From the NCBI GenBank assembly GCA_028279005.1, contig JAPYNS010000180.1:1-31777 (forward strand): 31,777 nt of DNA, given 5' to 3'. Under the pieces are notes generated by a model. It saw only the letters and a list, made by a program, of their open reading frames with translations. It did no database searches and was not told the DNA's origin. Below are positions 8,096 to 17,488 of the stretch, piece by piece (position 1 is the first letter of the stretch; each line of letters starts with the position of its first letter). The DNA comes from Candidatus Spongiisocius variivorans (lineage in GTDB: Bacteria; Actinomycetota; Acidimicrobiia; Spongiisociales; Spongiisociaceae). Position numbers and translations under genes: made by a program.

Positions 8096-8813
8096 ATACT
8101 GGTGTCGGGAAGAAGTACAGCACTACCAGCGTCATCAGGTTGAAGCCGCTGTGGGCGAAGATCGATGGGCCGAGGATCCCGGTCCGCGCCCTCAGGGTTC
8201 CGAGGAAGATCCCGAATGCGAACAGGACCAGGAGGGTGACAGCTCCGGCCGCGCTGTACAGAGACGGATCCACCAGGTGGATGGCGCTGAAGATGACCGA
8301 GGTGACGATTACCACCGCCATAGGTTTGCGGTTGTTTCCCGAGAGCATCCGGAAGACGAGCCCGCGGTGGATCATCTCCTCGACGACCGGGCCCAGCACC
8401 GTGACGCTCACCACCACGGCCGCCATGGTGGTGGTTCCACGGGTCTCCACAACCGCCTCCACGATGGCCTGGGGTGTCTCGTCCTCGATGCCCAACAGGA
8501 TGCGCAGGCCGGCGGCGATCCAGGCGAGCGGTATCGAGATGGCGGCGCCAACCAGTACCCATCGGGCGTGGCTCGGCTCCACCTCGAAGGCCAGGCCCTC
8601 GGCCAGGCCAGGGAACCCGCGAGCCCTTCCGATCAATGTGAGCGCGCCGATGTGACCGAGGTTCTGGCAGGGGATGAGGACCCAGAAGTAGAAGTCGGCG
8701 TCGGTGGCATCCGCGCCGAGGGCGCTGGCGAGCAGTCCTGCGACCACCGCCCCCAGGACTCCTGCCCCCAGGACCATAAGGGCGTCGTACCAACGCCAGT
8801 GAGCTTCGAGCAC
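8085..8813 (-). CDS. CPBP/CAAX (Abi) family intramembrane glutamic endopeptidase
   Basis: Motifs GPVVEEMIHRG, FSAIHL, AHSGFN, plus TM helices. Confidence 0.9.
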   Translation of the reverse strand: MLEAHWRWYDALMVLGAGVLGAVVAGLLASALGADATDADFYFWVLIPCQNLGHIGALTLIGRARGFPGLAEGLAFEVEPSHARWVLVGAAISIPLAWIAAGLRILLGIEDETPQAIVEAVVETRGTTTMAAVVVSVTVLGPVVEEMIHRGLVFRMLSGNNRKPMAVVIVTSVIFSAIHLVDPSLYSAAGAVTLLVLFAFGIFLGTLRARTGILGPSIFAHSGFNLMTLVVLYFFPTPVSSL

Positions 8814-8825
8814 TGACCCGCCAGG

Positions 8826-9060
8826 CTAGTGCCCTGAGATCGTGGTCGGTCCGTGTTACGGCGGCGTGCTCTGGACCGCCACCGATGCCTCTGGATGCGT
8901 CCTGCATCCTCAACGTACCCTGCGGGTACACCTTCGTCAGCTGTCCTTGCCATAGACGCCGCTGGCGGCGCCGTACCCCACCACCGCCACCAACACCACA
9001 CAAACCAACCACGGGACCCGCGATAACAAGCGAACGCGCATAGCGTGAACACGCCCCTAG
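8826..9060 (+). repeat. Interspersed element copy D (longest, multi-hairpin interior)
   Basis: CTAG(8826)...gatcgtggtcggtc(8838)...gcgtgctctggaccgcca (8864-8881, 18/18 identical to copy C)...ccacgggacccgcga...agcgtgaacacgccc-CTAG(9057). Confidence 0.85.
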
Positions 9061-9125
9061 CCGCCCAGGACCGGATGCCGATCCAGGTCTGGTATTTTCT
9101 TGGAGCGCACTCGGAAGGTTGGCTG

Positions 9126-10286
9126 GTGGATATTTCAATAGGCATGGGTAAGGCGGGCCGGCGGGGCTACGGCTTCGACGACATATCCATAGTTCCCAGC
9201 CGCCGTACCCGCAATCCTGATGATGTCAACCTCTCCTGGGAGTTGGACGGCTACCGGTTCGACTTGCCGATGCTCGGATCGGCAATGGACTCGGCGGTAT
9301 CTCCCGCCACCGCGGTCGCCATCGGCCGGCTGGGAGGCTTGGGCGTGCTCAACCTGGAGGGCCTGTGGACGCGGTACCAGGATCCCGAACCGGTGTTCGA
9401 GGAGATAGCCACGCTGCCGGTCGCTAGCGCCACCGCCCGGCTCCAGGAGATGTACCGGGCGCCGATCGACCCGGATCTCATGCGAGAGCGCATCTCGTAC
9501 GTCAAGTCGGCGGGGGTGGTCGCCGCCGCCTCCCTCACTCCGCAGAGCGTGGAGCGTTACATCGACGGGGTGGTGGAGGCCGGGCTAGACGTCCTGGTGA
9601 TCCAGGGCACGGTGGTATCGGCCGAGCACGTCTCCAGCCGCGGCGATACCCTCGACCTGTCGTCCTTCATCGCCCGCCTGGACCTTCCCGTAATCGTGGG
9701 CGGCTGCGCCTCATACGCCGGAGCGATCCACCTGATGCGGACCGGCGCCGCCGGAATCTTGGTCGGGGTCGGTCCCGGCGCGGCCTGTACCACCCGGCGA
9801 GTGCTGGGTATGGGGGTGCCGCAAGCCACCGCAATCGCCGACGCCGCGGGCGCCCGGATCCGGTACCTGGCCGAGGCCGGCCGGTACGTCCACGTCATAG
9901 CTGACGGTGGTATGAGCACCGGCGGTGACATCGCCAAGGCGATCGCCTGCGGGGCGGATGCGGTGATGATCGGCTCCCCGCTCGCCGCGGCGGTCGAGGC
10001 GCCGGGGCGAGGCGCCCACTGGGGAATGGCCACCTTCCATCCGTCGGTTCCCCGGGGCACGAGGGTGATGACCGGGCAACTGGGCACCCTCGAGCAGATC
10101 CTGGTGGGTCCGGCGCGTGAGAACGACGGCCGCCAGAACCTGTTCGGTGCGTTGAGGCTGGCCATGGCAAGCACGGGATACGCCGACCTCAGGGAGTTCA
10201 ACGAGGCGGCGTTGGTGGTGGCGCCCTCGATCCGGACCGAGGGAAAGGCCCTCCAGCAGAGCCAGCAAGTCGGAATGGGTTCTTGA
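9126..10286 (+). CDS. guaB: GuaB3-type IMP dehydrogenase family protein
   Basis: [37 protein letters not shown], catalytic loop [20 protein letters not shown] start at 9126 after GGAAGG. Confidence 0.9.
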   Translation: MDISIGMGKAGRRGYGFDDISIVPSRRTRNPDDVNLSWELDGYRFDLPMLGSAMDSAVSPATAVAIGRLGGLGVLNLEGLWTRYQDPEPVFEEIATLPVASATARLQEMYRAPIDPDLMRERISYVKSAGVVAAASLTPQSVERYIDGVVEAGLDVLVIQGTVVSAEHVSSRGDTLDLSSFIARLDLPVIVGGCASYAGAIHLMRTGAAGILVGVGPGAACTTRRVLGMGVPQATAIADAAGARIRYLAEAGRYVHVIADGGMSTGGDIAKAIACGADAVMIGSPLAAAVEAPGRGAHWGMATFHPSVPRGTRVMTGQLGTLEQILVGPARENDGRQNLFGALRLAMASTGYADLREFNEAALVVAPSIRTEGKALQQSQQVGMGS

Positions 10287-11845
10287 AGCCACCCCCGTCG
10301 ACCGGTGGGGGAGTCCTCCATCGGCCGGTGCTGGTAGTCGATTTGGGCGCCCAGTACGCCCAACTGATCGCTCGCCGGATCCGCCAGGCCGGGGTCTTCT
10401 CGCTGATCGTGTCGCGGGACATCACCGTCGAGGAGGCGCGGGGCCACCACCCGCTCGGTCTCGTGCTGTCCGGAGGCCCGCTGTCCGTCTACTCCGAAGA
10501 CGCCTATCTGATCGACCCCGGCCTCGTGGAGATGGGGGTGCCCATCCTCGGTATCTGCTACGGCCACCAGCTCCTGGCCCACCTGCTGGGGGGAACGGTG
10601 GAGCGCACCGGCGAGGCCGAGTACGGGCGTACATCACTCGAGGTGACTGGCGATTCCCTGCTGCTGGCGGGAACTCCGGCGCACCAGGATGTCTGGATGA
10701 GCCACATGGATGCGGTCACCGGTCCTCCGCACGGGTTTGCCGCAGTGGCCACCACGCCGGGCTCGCCCGTGGCGACCATGGAGAGCCCGGAGCGGCGCAT
10801 GTACGGCGTCCAGTTCCACCCCGAGGTGGTCCATACCGACCACGGGTTCGACGTCATGGAGCGGTTCCTGCGGGATGCGTGCGGAGCAGCACCGGACTGG
10901 ACCGGCGGGTCGATCATCACCGATCAGGTCAGTGCCATCCGGGCCACGGTGGGAGATGCGCGGGTTGTCTGCGGCCTCTCCGGCGGGGTGGACTCGGCGG
11001 TTGCCGCGGCCTTGGCCCACCGGGCGGTCGGGGACCGCCTCACCTGCGTGTTCGTGGATCACGGGCTGCTGCGTGCGGGCGAGGCGGAGCAGGTAGACGA
11101 GACCTTCCGCCGGAACTTCGAGGTCGATCTGGTGCAGGTTGACGCCACCGACCGGTTCCTGGATGCGCTGACCGGAGTGGCCGATCCCGAGCAGAAGCGC
11201 CGGATCATCGGTGAGCTCTTCATCCGAACCTTCGAGGAGGCGACCACTGGCATTCCTGATGCCCGGTTCCTGGTCCAGGGGACGCTGTATCCGGATGTCA
11301 TCGAGTCGGGCGGCGCCTCTGCCGCCACGATCAAGACCCACCACAACGTGGGCGGGCTGCCCGACAACCTCGGATTCGAGCTCATCGAGCCGCTCCGCGA
11401 TCTGTTCAAGGACGAGGTCAGGGCGGTGGGGGAGGAGTTGGGGCTTCCCGAGGAGATCGTCTGGCGGCAGCCCTTCCCCGGTCCCGGCCTGGCCGTGCGG
11501 GTGATCGGCGAGATAACCCGGGAGCGGCTGGAACTTCTCCGGGCGGCCGACGCGATCGTGACCGAGGAGATCCGGCGGGCCGGGCTCTACCGGGAAATAT
11601 GGCAGTCATTCGCCGTGCTGCCCAACGTCAGGACGGTAGGGGTGCAAGGCGATGGACGGACCTATGCCCACGCCCTAGTGGTGCGAGCAGTCACCTCCGA
11701 GGACGCCATGACAGCGGACTTCGCCCGGATCCCGTACCCCGTTCTAGAACGGATCTCCAGCCGGGTGATGAACGAAGTTCCGGGAATCAACCGGGTGGCC
11801 TACGACATCTCCTCGAAGCCCCCCTCCACCATCGAATGGGAGTAA
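10283..11845 (+). CDS. guaA: GMP synthase (glutamine-hydrolyzing)
   Basis: [63 protein letters not shown]. Confidence 0.97.
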   Translation: MKPPPSTGGGVLHRPVLVVDLGAQYAQLIARRIRQAGVFSLIVSRDITVEEARGHHPLGLVLSGGPLSVYSEDAYLIDPGLVEMGVPILGICYGHQLLAHLLGGTVERTGEAEYGRTSLEVTGDSLLLAGTPAHQDVWMSHMDAVTGPPHGFAAVATTPGSPVATMESPERRMYGVQFHPEVVHTDHGFDVMERFLRDACGAAPDWTGGSIITDQVSAIRATVGDARVVCGLSGGVDSAVAAALAHRAVGDRLTCVFVDHGLLRAGEAEQVDETFRRNFEVDLVQVDATDRFLDALTGVADPEQKRRIIGELFIRTFEEATTGIPDARFLVQGTLYPDVIESGGASAATIKTHHNVGGLPDNLGFELIEPLRDLFKDEVRAVGEELGLPEEIVWRQPFPGPGLAVRVIGEITRERLELLRAADAIVTEEIRRAGLYREIWQSFAVLPNVRTVGVQGDGRTYAHALVVRAVTSEDAMTADFARIPYPVLERISSRVMNEVPGINRVAYDISSKPPSTIEWE

Positions 11846-11876
11846 CCTCGCCTGCCGGCAGAGCCGTGCAGCTCGA

Positions 11877-13079
11877 CTACTGAGGGTTGCGGCGGTTAGT
11901 CCAGTAGCGCTTGAGGACATGGCGGATGACGTTCGCTGGGGTGTCGCGCCAGCACTGCAGCGGGTCCCAGCCATCATGGGCCAGGCACATGTTGCATGAC
12001 ACGCACTCGACCCCGCCCGTCCGTCCGGCCTCGAGCTTGCGCACCAGGTCGGGTTCGCGGATGAACGGGCGAGCCATGGCCACGAAGTCGGCGTCGCCGG
12101 AGGCCAGGATGTCGGTCATGGTGCCGGTGGTCCGCACCCCTCCCACCAGGATCGTAGGCACGCCGGCGGCCCGGCGGACGTCCCGGGCGAAGGGGCGGTA
12201 GTAGGCCTCCGGGCCCTCGGGACTCCAGCATCGTTGGGCCACCATCTGCCGCCAGGCCTGGCGGCGGCCGACCGCCACGTAGGGGCGGATGTTCTCGAAG
12301 TAGCTACGCATCACCCCGAAGGTGGTCTCGAGTCCGTCGATGCCGCGCTCGGCCAGCAGCCTGGCCCGCTGGAGCGACTCCTCCCGTTGCAAGCCACCCG
12401 GAACCGAATCCTCCACACTGAGCCGGGCCGTCACCGGAAACCCGGTTCCGACCGCCGCGCGCACGGCCTCGTAGACCTCGATGAAGAATCGGCTGCGGCG
12501 CTCGGCGTCACCACCCCAGCCGTCCTCCCTGGTATTGGCATGGGGCGAGCAGAACTCCGAGATCAGGTAACCGTTGCCGCCGTGAATGTGAACGCCGTCG
12601 AAACCTGCCTCTCGGGCCCGCCGGGCCGCGTCGCCAAAGGCCCGCACCAGCGCCCAGATGCCGGCCTCGGACAGTCCCTCCGGCTGGCGGGCGTACATGG
12701 CGTTCGGCACCGGCGAGGGCGCTACCGCAGTGATGGACAACATCATGGTCTGGCTGCCGCAATGGCCGAGTTGGGCGAATACCAGCCCGCCGGCCTCGTG
12801 TACGGCACCGGTCGCCCGCCGGAGGGCGGGGACCACGCGGTCGTCGTGGATCCCGGTCTGGTTGCGGCTGGCCTGGCCGCGCGGGTCGACGTACATGTGT
12901 CCCGTGAGGATGAGGCCCGCTCCGCCGGCGGCGAGGCGCCGATACAGGTCCACGTAGGAGTCGAGCACCGCTCCGTCCGTCGTGGCCATGGTCTCGGACG
13001 TGGCGGCGCGCACAACCCGGTTGGCGGTGGTCACCGTCCCGATCCGCCCGGGCCGGAGGTAGAGCGGCGGGTTGCTCAT
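11877..13079 (-). CDS. NADH:flavin oxidoreductase (Old Yellow Enzyme family)
   Basis: NRVVRAAT, QLGHCG, GFDGVHIHGGNGYLISEFCSP..NTREDGWGG, RPFIREPDL, C-terminal CVSCNMC. Confidence 0.9.
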   Translation of the reverse strand: MSNPPLYLRPGRIGTVTTANRVVRAATSETMATTDGAVLDSYVDLYRRLAAGGAGLILTGHMYVDPRGQASRNQTGIHDDRVVPALRRATGAVHEAGGLVFAQLGHCGSQTMMLSITAVAPSPVPNAMYARQPEGLSEAGIWALVRAFGDAARRAREAGFDGVHIHGGNGYLISEFCSPHANTREDGWGGDAERRSRFFIEVYEAVRAAVGTGFPVTARLSVEDSVPGGLQREESLQRARLLAERGIDGLETTFGVMRSYFENIRPYVAVGRRQAWRQMVAQRCWSPEGPEAYYRPFARDVRRAAGVPTILVGGVRTTGTMTDILASGDADFVAMARPFIREPDLVRKLEAGRTGGVECVSCNMCLAHDGWDPLQCWRDTPANVIRHVLKRYWTNRRNPQ

Positions 13080-13160
13080 CGCGATCTCCTGATGCGGTCG
13101 GCGAGGTCCGGTGGGGGCATTCTGGCACGCGCCCTGCGGCCGGCCCTACCACTCGGCTGC

Positions 13161-13180
13161 TAATTACAACACTGTGATTA
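13161..13180. promoter_or_regulatory. Imperfect palindrome TAATTACA-acac-TGTGATTA
   Basis: 7 of 8 positions symmetric; AT-rich island between the divergent OYE gene and pcrA. A similar site lies at 29758. Confidence 0.45.
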
Positions 13181-13211
13181 CATGTCATGGGCACTGGTTA
13201 ACATGACCGGG

Positions 13212-15425
13212 ATGGTCCAGATGCTCGCAACAGACACCGCTCCGGGCGACCCAGCGGACTCTCCGCTGTTCGCCGATCTCAGCCCGACGCAGCGGGAGGC
13301 GGTGGCTGCCACGGAGGGTCCCGTGCTGGTGGTCGCGGGCGCCGGCTCGGGCAAGACCAGGGTGCTCACCTACCGGGTTGCCCACCTGATCCGCGACCTC
13401 GGGGTGGCCCCCTGGGAGGTGCTTGCGATCACCTTCACCAACAAGGCTGCCGGTGAGATGAAGGAGCGGGTTGGGAGGCTGGTCGGTCCGATCGCCACGG
13501 GGATGTGGATATCCACCTTCCACTCGGCGTGCGTGCGGATCCTGCGTAGGGAGGCGCCCCGGCTGGGCTACTCGTCACGGTTCACGATCTATGACGCCCA
13601 GGACTCGCTCCGGGCGATCAGCCAGGTGGTCCGCGACCTGCGCCTGGATCCGAAGAAGTTCCAGCCCCGAGCGATACGAGCCAAGATCTCCAACGCCAAG
13701 AACGAGTTGGTCGACTACGAGAGCTTCCGGGAACAGGGGGGGAACTTCCGGCACGAGATCGAGGCTGACATCTACCGGCTCTACCAGGAGCAGCTGTTGA
13801 GGAACTCGGCAATGGACTTCGACGACCTCCTGATGGTCGCAACGGAGCTATTCGACGCCTTCCCGGACGTGCTGGATCACTACCGGGAGCGCCTCCGGTA
13901 CCTCCATGTCGACGAGTTCCAGGACACCAACCGCGCCCAGTACGTGCTGGTCAGGCAACTCGGTGGGGAGCGAGCCAATATCTGCGCGGTCGGGGACTCC
14001 GATCAGTCGATCTACAGGTTCCGCGGCGCCGACATCCGCAACATCCTCAACTTCGAGCGGGACTACCCCCAGGCTCGGGTGGTGGTGCTCGACCAGAACT
14101 ACCGCTCCACCCAGACCATCCTGGAGGCTGCCAACGCGGTGATCTCCCACAACGGGCGCCGCCGGCCCAAGCGGCTGTGGAGCGACCTCGGCCAGGGTGC
14201 TCCCATCTCGCTGTTCACCGCTGAGGACGAGGCCGACGAGGGCGGGTTCGTGGCCGAGGAGATCGGAAAGTTGTCGAGAGAGGGGTTCGACCTGTCTCGA
14301 ATGGCGGTCTTCTACCGGGTCAACGCCCAGAGCCGGGCCGTGGAGGAGAGCTTCGCCCGCTTCGGCGTAGCCTACAAGGTGATCGGTACGGTGCGGTTCT
14401 ACGAGCGGCGCGAGATCAAGGACGTGCTGGCCTACCTGAGGGTGCTGGCCAACCCGGCCGACGGGGTCTCCGCGCGCCGGATCATCAACCTACCGCGGCG
14501 GGGGATCGGCCGAGTGACGATCGGTTGGTTGGATTGGTTCGCCGAGATGGAGGAGATCACGTTCTTCGACGCGGTACGGCGCCATGCGGAGAACCACTCC
14601 CTGGCGAAACGGGCCCACGCGGCCATCGACTCCTTCCTGGGCGAGATGGAGAAGGTCGCGGAGGCGTGCGGGTCGGGTCCCGCCGCAGCCGTGAGGGCGG
14701 TGCTGGAGGAGGTGGGCTACCTCGAGGCGGTCGAGGCGGAGCGCACCCCCGAAGCACAGGGCAGGGCCGAAAACCTGCGCGAGCTCCTTTCCGGGGCCGA
14801 GGAGTACGAACTGGCCGCCCTGGCCGACGAGGGGGAAGAACCGGAAGGCATGCGCCTGGTGGAGCAATTCCTGGAGTCGGTAAGCCTGGTGAGCGATACC
14901 GACGAGCTCGATGGCGAGGGCGGTGCGGTGACCCTCATGACCCTGCACAACGCCAAGGGTCTCGAGTTCCCGGTGGTGTTCATCGTGGGCATGGAGGACG
15001 GGGTCTTCCCGCATGCGCGGGCGCTCACGGATCATGACGAGCTCGAGGAGGAGCGCCGGCTGTGCTACGTCGGTGTCACCCGGGCCCAAGAGCGCCTCTA
15101 CCTGACGGCCTCCCAGTCCCGCATGCTGTACGGGATGTCCACCTACAACCCGCCGTCGCGGTTCCTGAGAGAGATCCCGGTCGGCCTGGTCAGCAAGCTG
15201 GGAAGGCGCCTGAGGGATCGCCGGCGGGAGTCGATGGGCGGGCGCCGGCCGGCGCCGCTCCGTACCGAGTTGGCTGCGGGCGATCTGGTGCGTCACGAGG
15301 TCTGGGGTCTCGGCCGGGTGGTCCGGGTGGCCGGCGCCGGTGACGGCGCCCAGGCCGAGGTGGAGTTTCCGGGCAAGGGCACTAAGCGGCTCCTGGTCCA
15401 CTGGGCCCCGCTGGAAAAGGTCTAG
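13212..15425 (+). CDS. pcrA: ATP-dependent DNA helicase PcrA/UvrD
   Basis: VAGAGSGKTRVLT, AITFTNKAA, DEFQDTN, VGDSDQSIYRFRGA, TLHNAKGLEF, EERRLCYVGVTRA, C-terminal Tudor-like domain. ATG 13212 lies 7 nt after a TAACAT -10 box; upstream ATGs at 13182 and 13203 are also possible. Confidence 0.95.
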   Translation: MVQMLATDTAPGDPADSPLFADLSPTQREAVAATEGPVLVVAGAGSGKTRVLTYRVAHLIRDLGVAPWEVLAITFTNKAAGEMKERVGRLVGPIATGMWISTFHSACVRILRREAPRLGYSSRFTIYDAQDSLRAISQVVRDLRLDPKKFQPRAIRAKISNAKNELVDYESFREQGGNFRHEIEADIYRLYQEQLLRNSAMDFDDLLMVATELFDAFPDVLDHYRERLRYLHVDEFQDTNRAQYVLVRQLGGERANICAVGDSDQSIYRFRGADIRNILNFERDYPQARVVVLDQNYRSTQTILEAANAVISHNGRRRPKRLWSDLGQGAPISLFTAEDEADEGGFVAEEIGKLSREGFDLSRMAVFYRVNAQSRAVEESFARFGVAYKVIGTVRFYERREIKDVLAYLRVLANPADGVSARRIINLPRRGIGRVTIGWLDWFAEMEEITFFDAVRRHAENHSLAKRAHAAIDSFLGEMEKVAEACGSGPAAAVRAVLEEVGYLEAVEAERTPEAQGRAENLRELLSGAEEYELAALADEGEEPEGMRLVEQFLESVSLVSDTDELDGEGGAVTLMTLHNAKGLEFPVVFIVGMEDGVFPHARALTDHDELEEERRLCYVGVTRAQERLYLTASQSRMLYGMSTYNPPSRFLREIPVGLVSKLGRRLRDRRRESMGGRRPAPLRTELAAGDLVRHEVWGLGRVVRVAGAGDGAQAEVEFPGKGTKRLLVHWAPLEKV

Positions 15426-15452
15426 CTCTAGTTCCTAGTTGGTAGTTTCTAG
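15422..15452 (-). repeat. 7-bp-period micro-array (CTAG/GTAG at 15422, 15428, 15435, 15442, 15449)
   Basis: ctagct ctagttc ctagttg gtagttt ctag, beginning at the pcrA stop; reverse complement of the 8068 unit type. Confidence 0.6.
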
Positions 15453-15457
15453 TGGAT

Positions 15458-15474
15458 CAGTGCTGGTAGCACTG
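15458..15474. terminator. Small hairpin after pcrA
   Basis: cagtgct-ggt-agcactg, a perfect 7-bp stem. Confidence 0.35.
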
Positions 15475-15628
15475 GAATGACCTGGTTACCAATACGGCAT
15501 ACCACAGCCCGGTCTCCGGGGTACGTACGCTTACTGGTGTATCCCAAGGCGAGCGGTACGTATTACCGTTGGGAGGCCTCGTGCGGAAGTCCCGACGGGG
15601 TGACCGCGTGAGATCGGGGAGGCAGGAC

Positions 15629-16765
15629 GTGAACGGAGAGAGAGGCTTGAGGCTGCGTGCCCTCGGTGCGCTGGGGCAGTCGGTGTGGCTCGACTCCATT
15701 TCCAGGGAGATGCTCCGATCAGGCGAGCTGGAGCGATACGTGGAGGCCGGGATCACCGGGATCACCTCCAACCCCACGATCTTCGCCAAGGCGATGCTGT
15801 CCGGTGATTCCTACGACACCCAGATCGACGAACTGGTTTCCCACGATGCGGGTGTTGACGAGATATACACGGCGTTGGTCACCCGTGACATCCGCCGGGC
15901 CTGCGACGTCATGGCGCCCACCCACCGCCGGTCCGGCGGCCTGGACGGATTCGTGTCGGTCGAGGTGTCGCCGGAGTTGGCCCACGAGGCGGAGGCTACA
16001 GTCGCGGAGGCTCGTGACTGGGTGAAGCGGGTCGACCGGCCCAACCTGCTCATCAAAATACCGGCGACCCGGCCAGGCCTCACCGCAATAGAGGCTGCCA
16101 TCGCGGAGGGCATTTCGGTGAACGTGACGCTCATCTTCTCGCTGGAGCGCTACCTGGCGGTGATCGACGCCTACATGAGCGGGCTGGAGAGGTTCCGGGC
16201 GGCGGGCGGTAACCCGGCATCCGTCAACTCGGTGGCCTCGTTCTTCGTCTCCCGCTTCGACACCGAGGTGGACAAGCGCCTCGGCCGGATCGGCACCCCG
16301 GAGGCGGGAGCGCTGGAGGGCCACACCGCGGTCGCCAACGCTCGGGTGGCCTACCTGGAGTTCCTGCGGGCCTTCTCTTCCGACCGCTGGTACCGGCTCC
16401 GCCGGAACGGCGCCAACGTCCAGAAGCCGCTCTGGGCATCCACCTCTACCAAGAACCCGGCCTACTCCAAGACCCTCTACATCGACACGCTGGTGGCGCC
16501 CGAGACGGTCAACACCCTGCCCGAATCGGCCATCGCCGCCTACCAGGATCACGGGCCGGATGCCCCGGAAGTGTTGGGTATCAACCAACTGGCGGACGGG
16601 GTGCTGGTGCTGGAGGACCTTGAGGCGGTTGGGGTCGACTACGACGACGTCACGGCCAAGCTGGAGCGGGACGGTGTGGGCAGTTTCGCGGTTTCCTTCC
16701 GGGAGATGATCAGCGACATCGAGCGGAAGCGGGCCATGTCCCTCCCGGGCGCCCCCGGCAAGTAA
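15629..16765 (+). CDS. tal: Transaldolase (actinobacterial type)
   Basis: GQSVWLD, GITSNPTIF, VSVEVSP, LIKIPAT, VNVTLIFS, VASFFVSR, PLWASTSTKNP. GTG start at 15629 after GGAGG. Confidence 0.95.
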   Translation: MNGERGLRLRALGALGQSVWLDSISREMLRSGELERYVEAGITGITSNPTIFAKAMLSGDSYDTQIDELVSHDAGVDEIYTALVTRDIRRACDVMAPTHRRSGGLDGFVSVEVSPELAHEAEATVAEARDWVKRVDRPNLLIKIPATRPGLTAIEAAIAEGISVNVTLIFSLERYLAVIDAYMSGLERFRAAGGNPASVNSVASFFVSRFDTEVDKRLGRIGTPEAGALEGHTAVANARVAYLEFLRAFSSDRWYRLRRNGANVQKPLWASTSTKNPAYSKTLYIDTLVAPETVNTLPESAIAAYQDHGPDAPEVLGINQLADGVLVLEDLEAVGVDYDDVTAKLERDGVGSFAVSFREMISDIERKRAMSLPGAPGK

Positions 16766-16783
16766 CGGGCGGCCGAGCCTCTC

Positions 16784-17176
16784 ATGCCTCGACGGATCCT
16801 GGTTGCCAAGCCCGGCCTGGACGGTCATGACCGGGGCGCCAAGGTGGTGGCCAGGGCGCTCCGGGATGCGGGGAACGAGGTCATCTACTCCGGACTTCAC
16901 CAGACTCCGACCCAGATCGTCGAGACCGCCATCCAGGAGGACGTGAACGCCATCGGTCTCTCGGCCCTGTCTGGCGCCCACATGACCCTCTTCCCCGCGG
17001 TCCTCGAGCTGCTCCGGGAGCGGGCTGCGGACGACATCGTGGTCTTCGGCGGCGGGATTGTCCCCGAACGTGATGCCGAGATGCTCAAGGAGCAGGGGAT
17101 GGCGGCGATCTTCACCCCCGGAACCCCCCTGGCCGAGGTGACCCGATGGGTCGAGTCCAACGTCCGCTCCCGGTGA
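16784..17176 (+). CDS. Methylmalonyl-CoA mutase cobalamin-binding subunit
   Basis: [43 protein letters not shown]. Confidence 0.93.
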   Translation: MPRRILVAKPGLDGHDRGAKVVARALRDAGNEVIYSGLHQTPTQIVETAIQEDVNAIGLSALSGAHMTLFPAVLELLRERAADDIVVFGGGIVPERDAEMLKEQGMAAIFTPGTPLAEVTRWVESNVRSR

Positions 17177-17379
17177 GGAACAGACCGCGGGGACGCCCGG
17201 TCGCCGGATCGGAGCAAGGCGCCCGGCGCCCGACGTGGGTGTCCCGCGATCAGTTCATCCGCGACGTCCTGCCCTACCAAGCCGATCCGGGCCTGACCGA
17301 GGATCTCGCGTTGCTGATGGCCGAGACCACGGACGAAGATGTCCAACACGTGACCGCCTCGAGGCCGATTCGGATCTGA
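17173..17379 (+). pseudogene. Probable remnant of a Phd/YefM-type antitoxin (C-terminal half)
   Basis: RGRPVA...RRPTWVSRDQFIRDVLPYQADPGLTEDLALLMAETTDED resembles, from memory, the C-termini of actinobacterial prevent-host-death antitoxins. The N-terminal DNA-binding part and a toxin partner are not seen. Confidence 0.45.
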
Positions 17380-17474
17380 CCAGCGGGCCGCACCGTCGGG
17401 TGGTGATTGGCTCCGGCAGATCGGCGGGCACGAAGGCCGCCCTCTCCGCTGATCAAGACCGTCTGGCGCCCGGA

Positions 17475-17480
17475 TAGAAT
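17475..17480 (+). promoter_or_regulatory. -10 box TAGAAT, probable leaderless sucC promoter
   Basis: TAGAAT lies 8 nt before the GTG start, with no Shine-Dalgarno sequence. Confidence 0.5.
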
Positions 17481-17488
17481 CACGGTCC

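Noticed and set aside
15590-15625. GGGGTG...GTGAGA resemblance to a TPP riboswitch
   Set aside because: The 3' half (CCUGAU...UAAU...GGGA) is absent and the downstream gene is not thiamine-related.
15719-16981. Long antisense or alternative-frame ORFs (for example 15719-16981, 19558-20553, 23158-24147, 26030-27022, 9557-10582)
   Set aside because: They shadow well-supported genes, have Arg/Gly/Pro-rich composition with no recognisable motifs, and are typical artefacts of GC-rich DNA.
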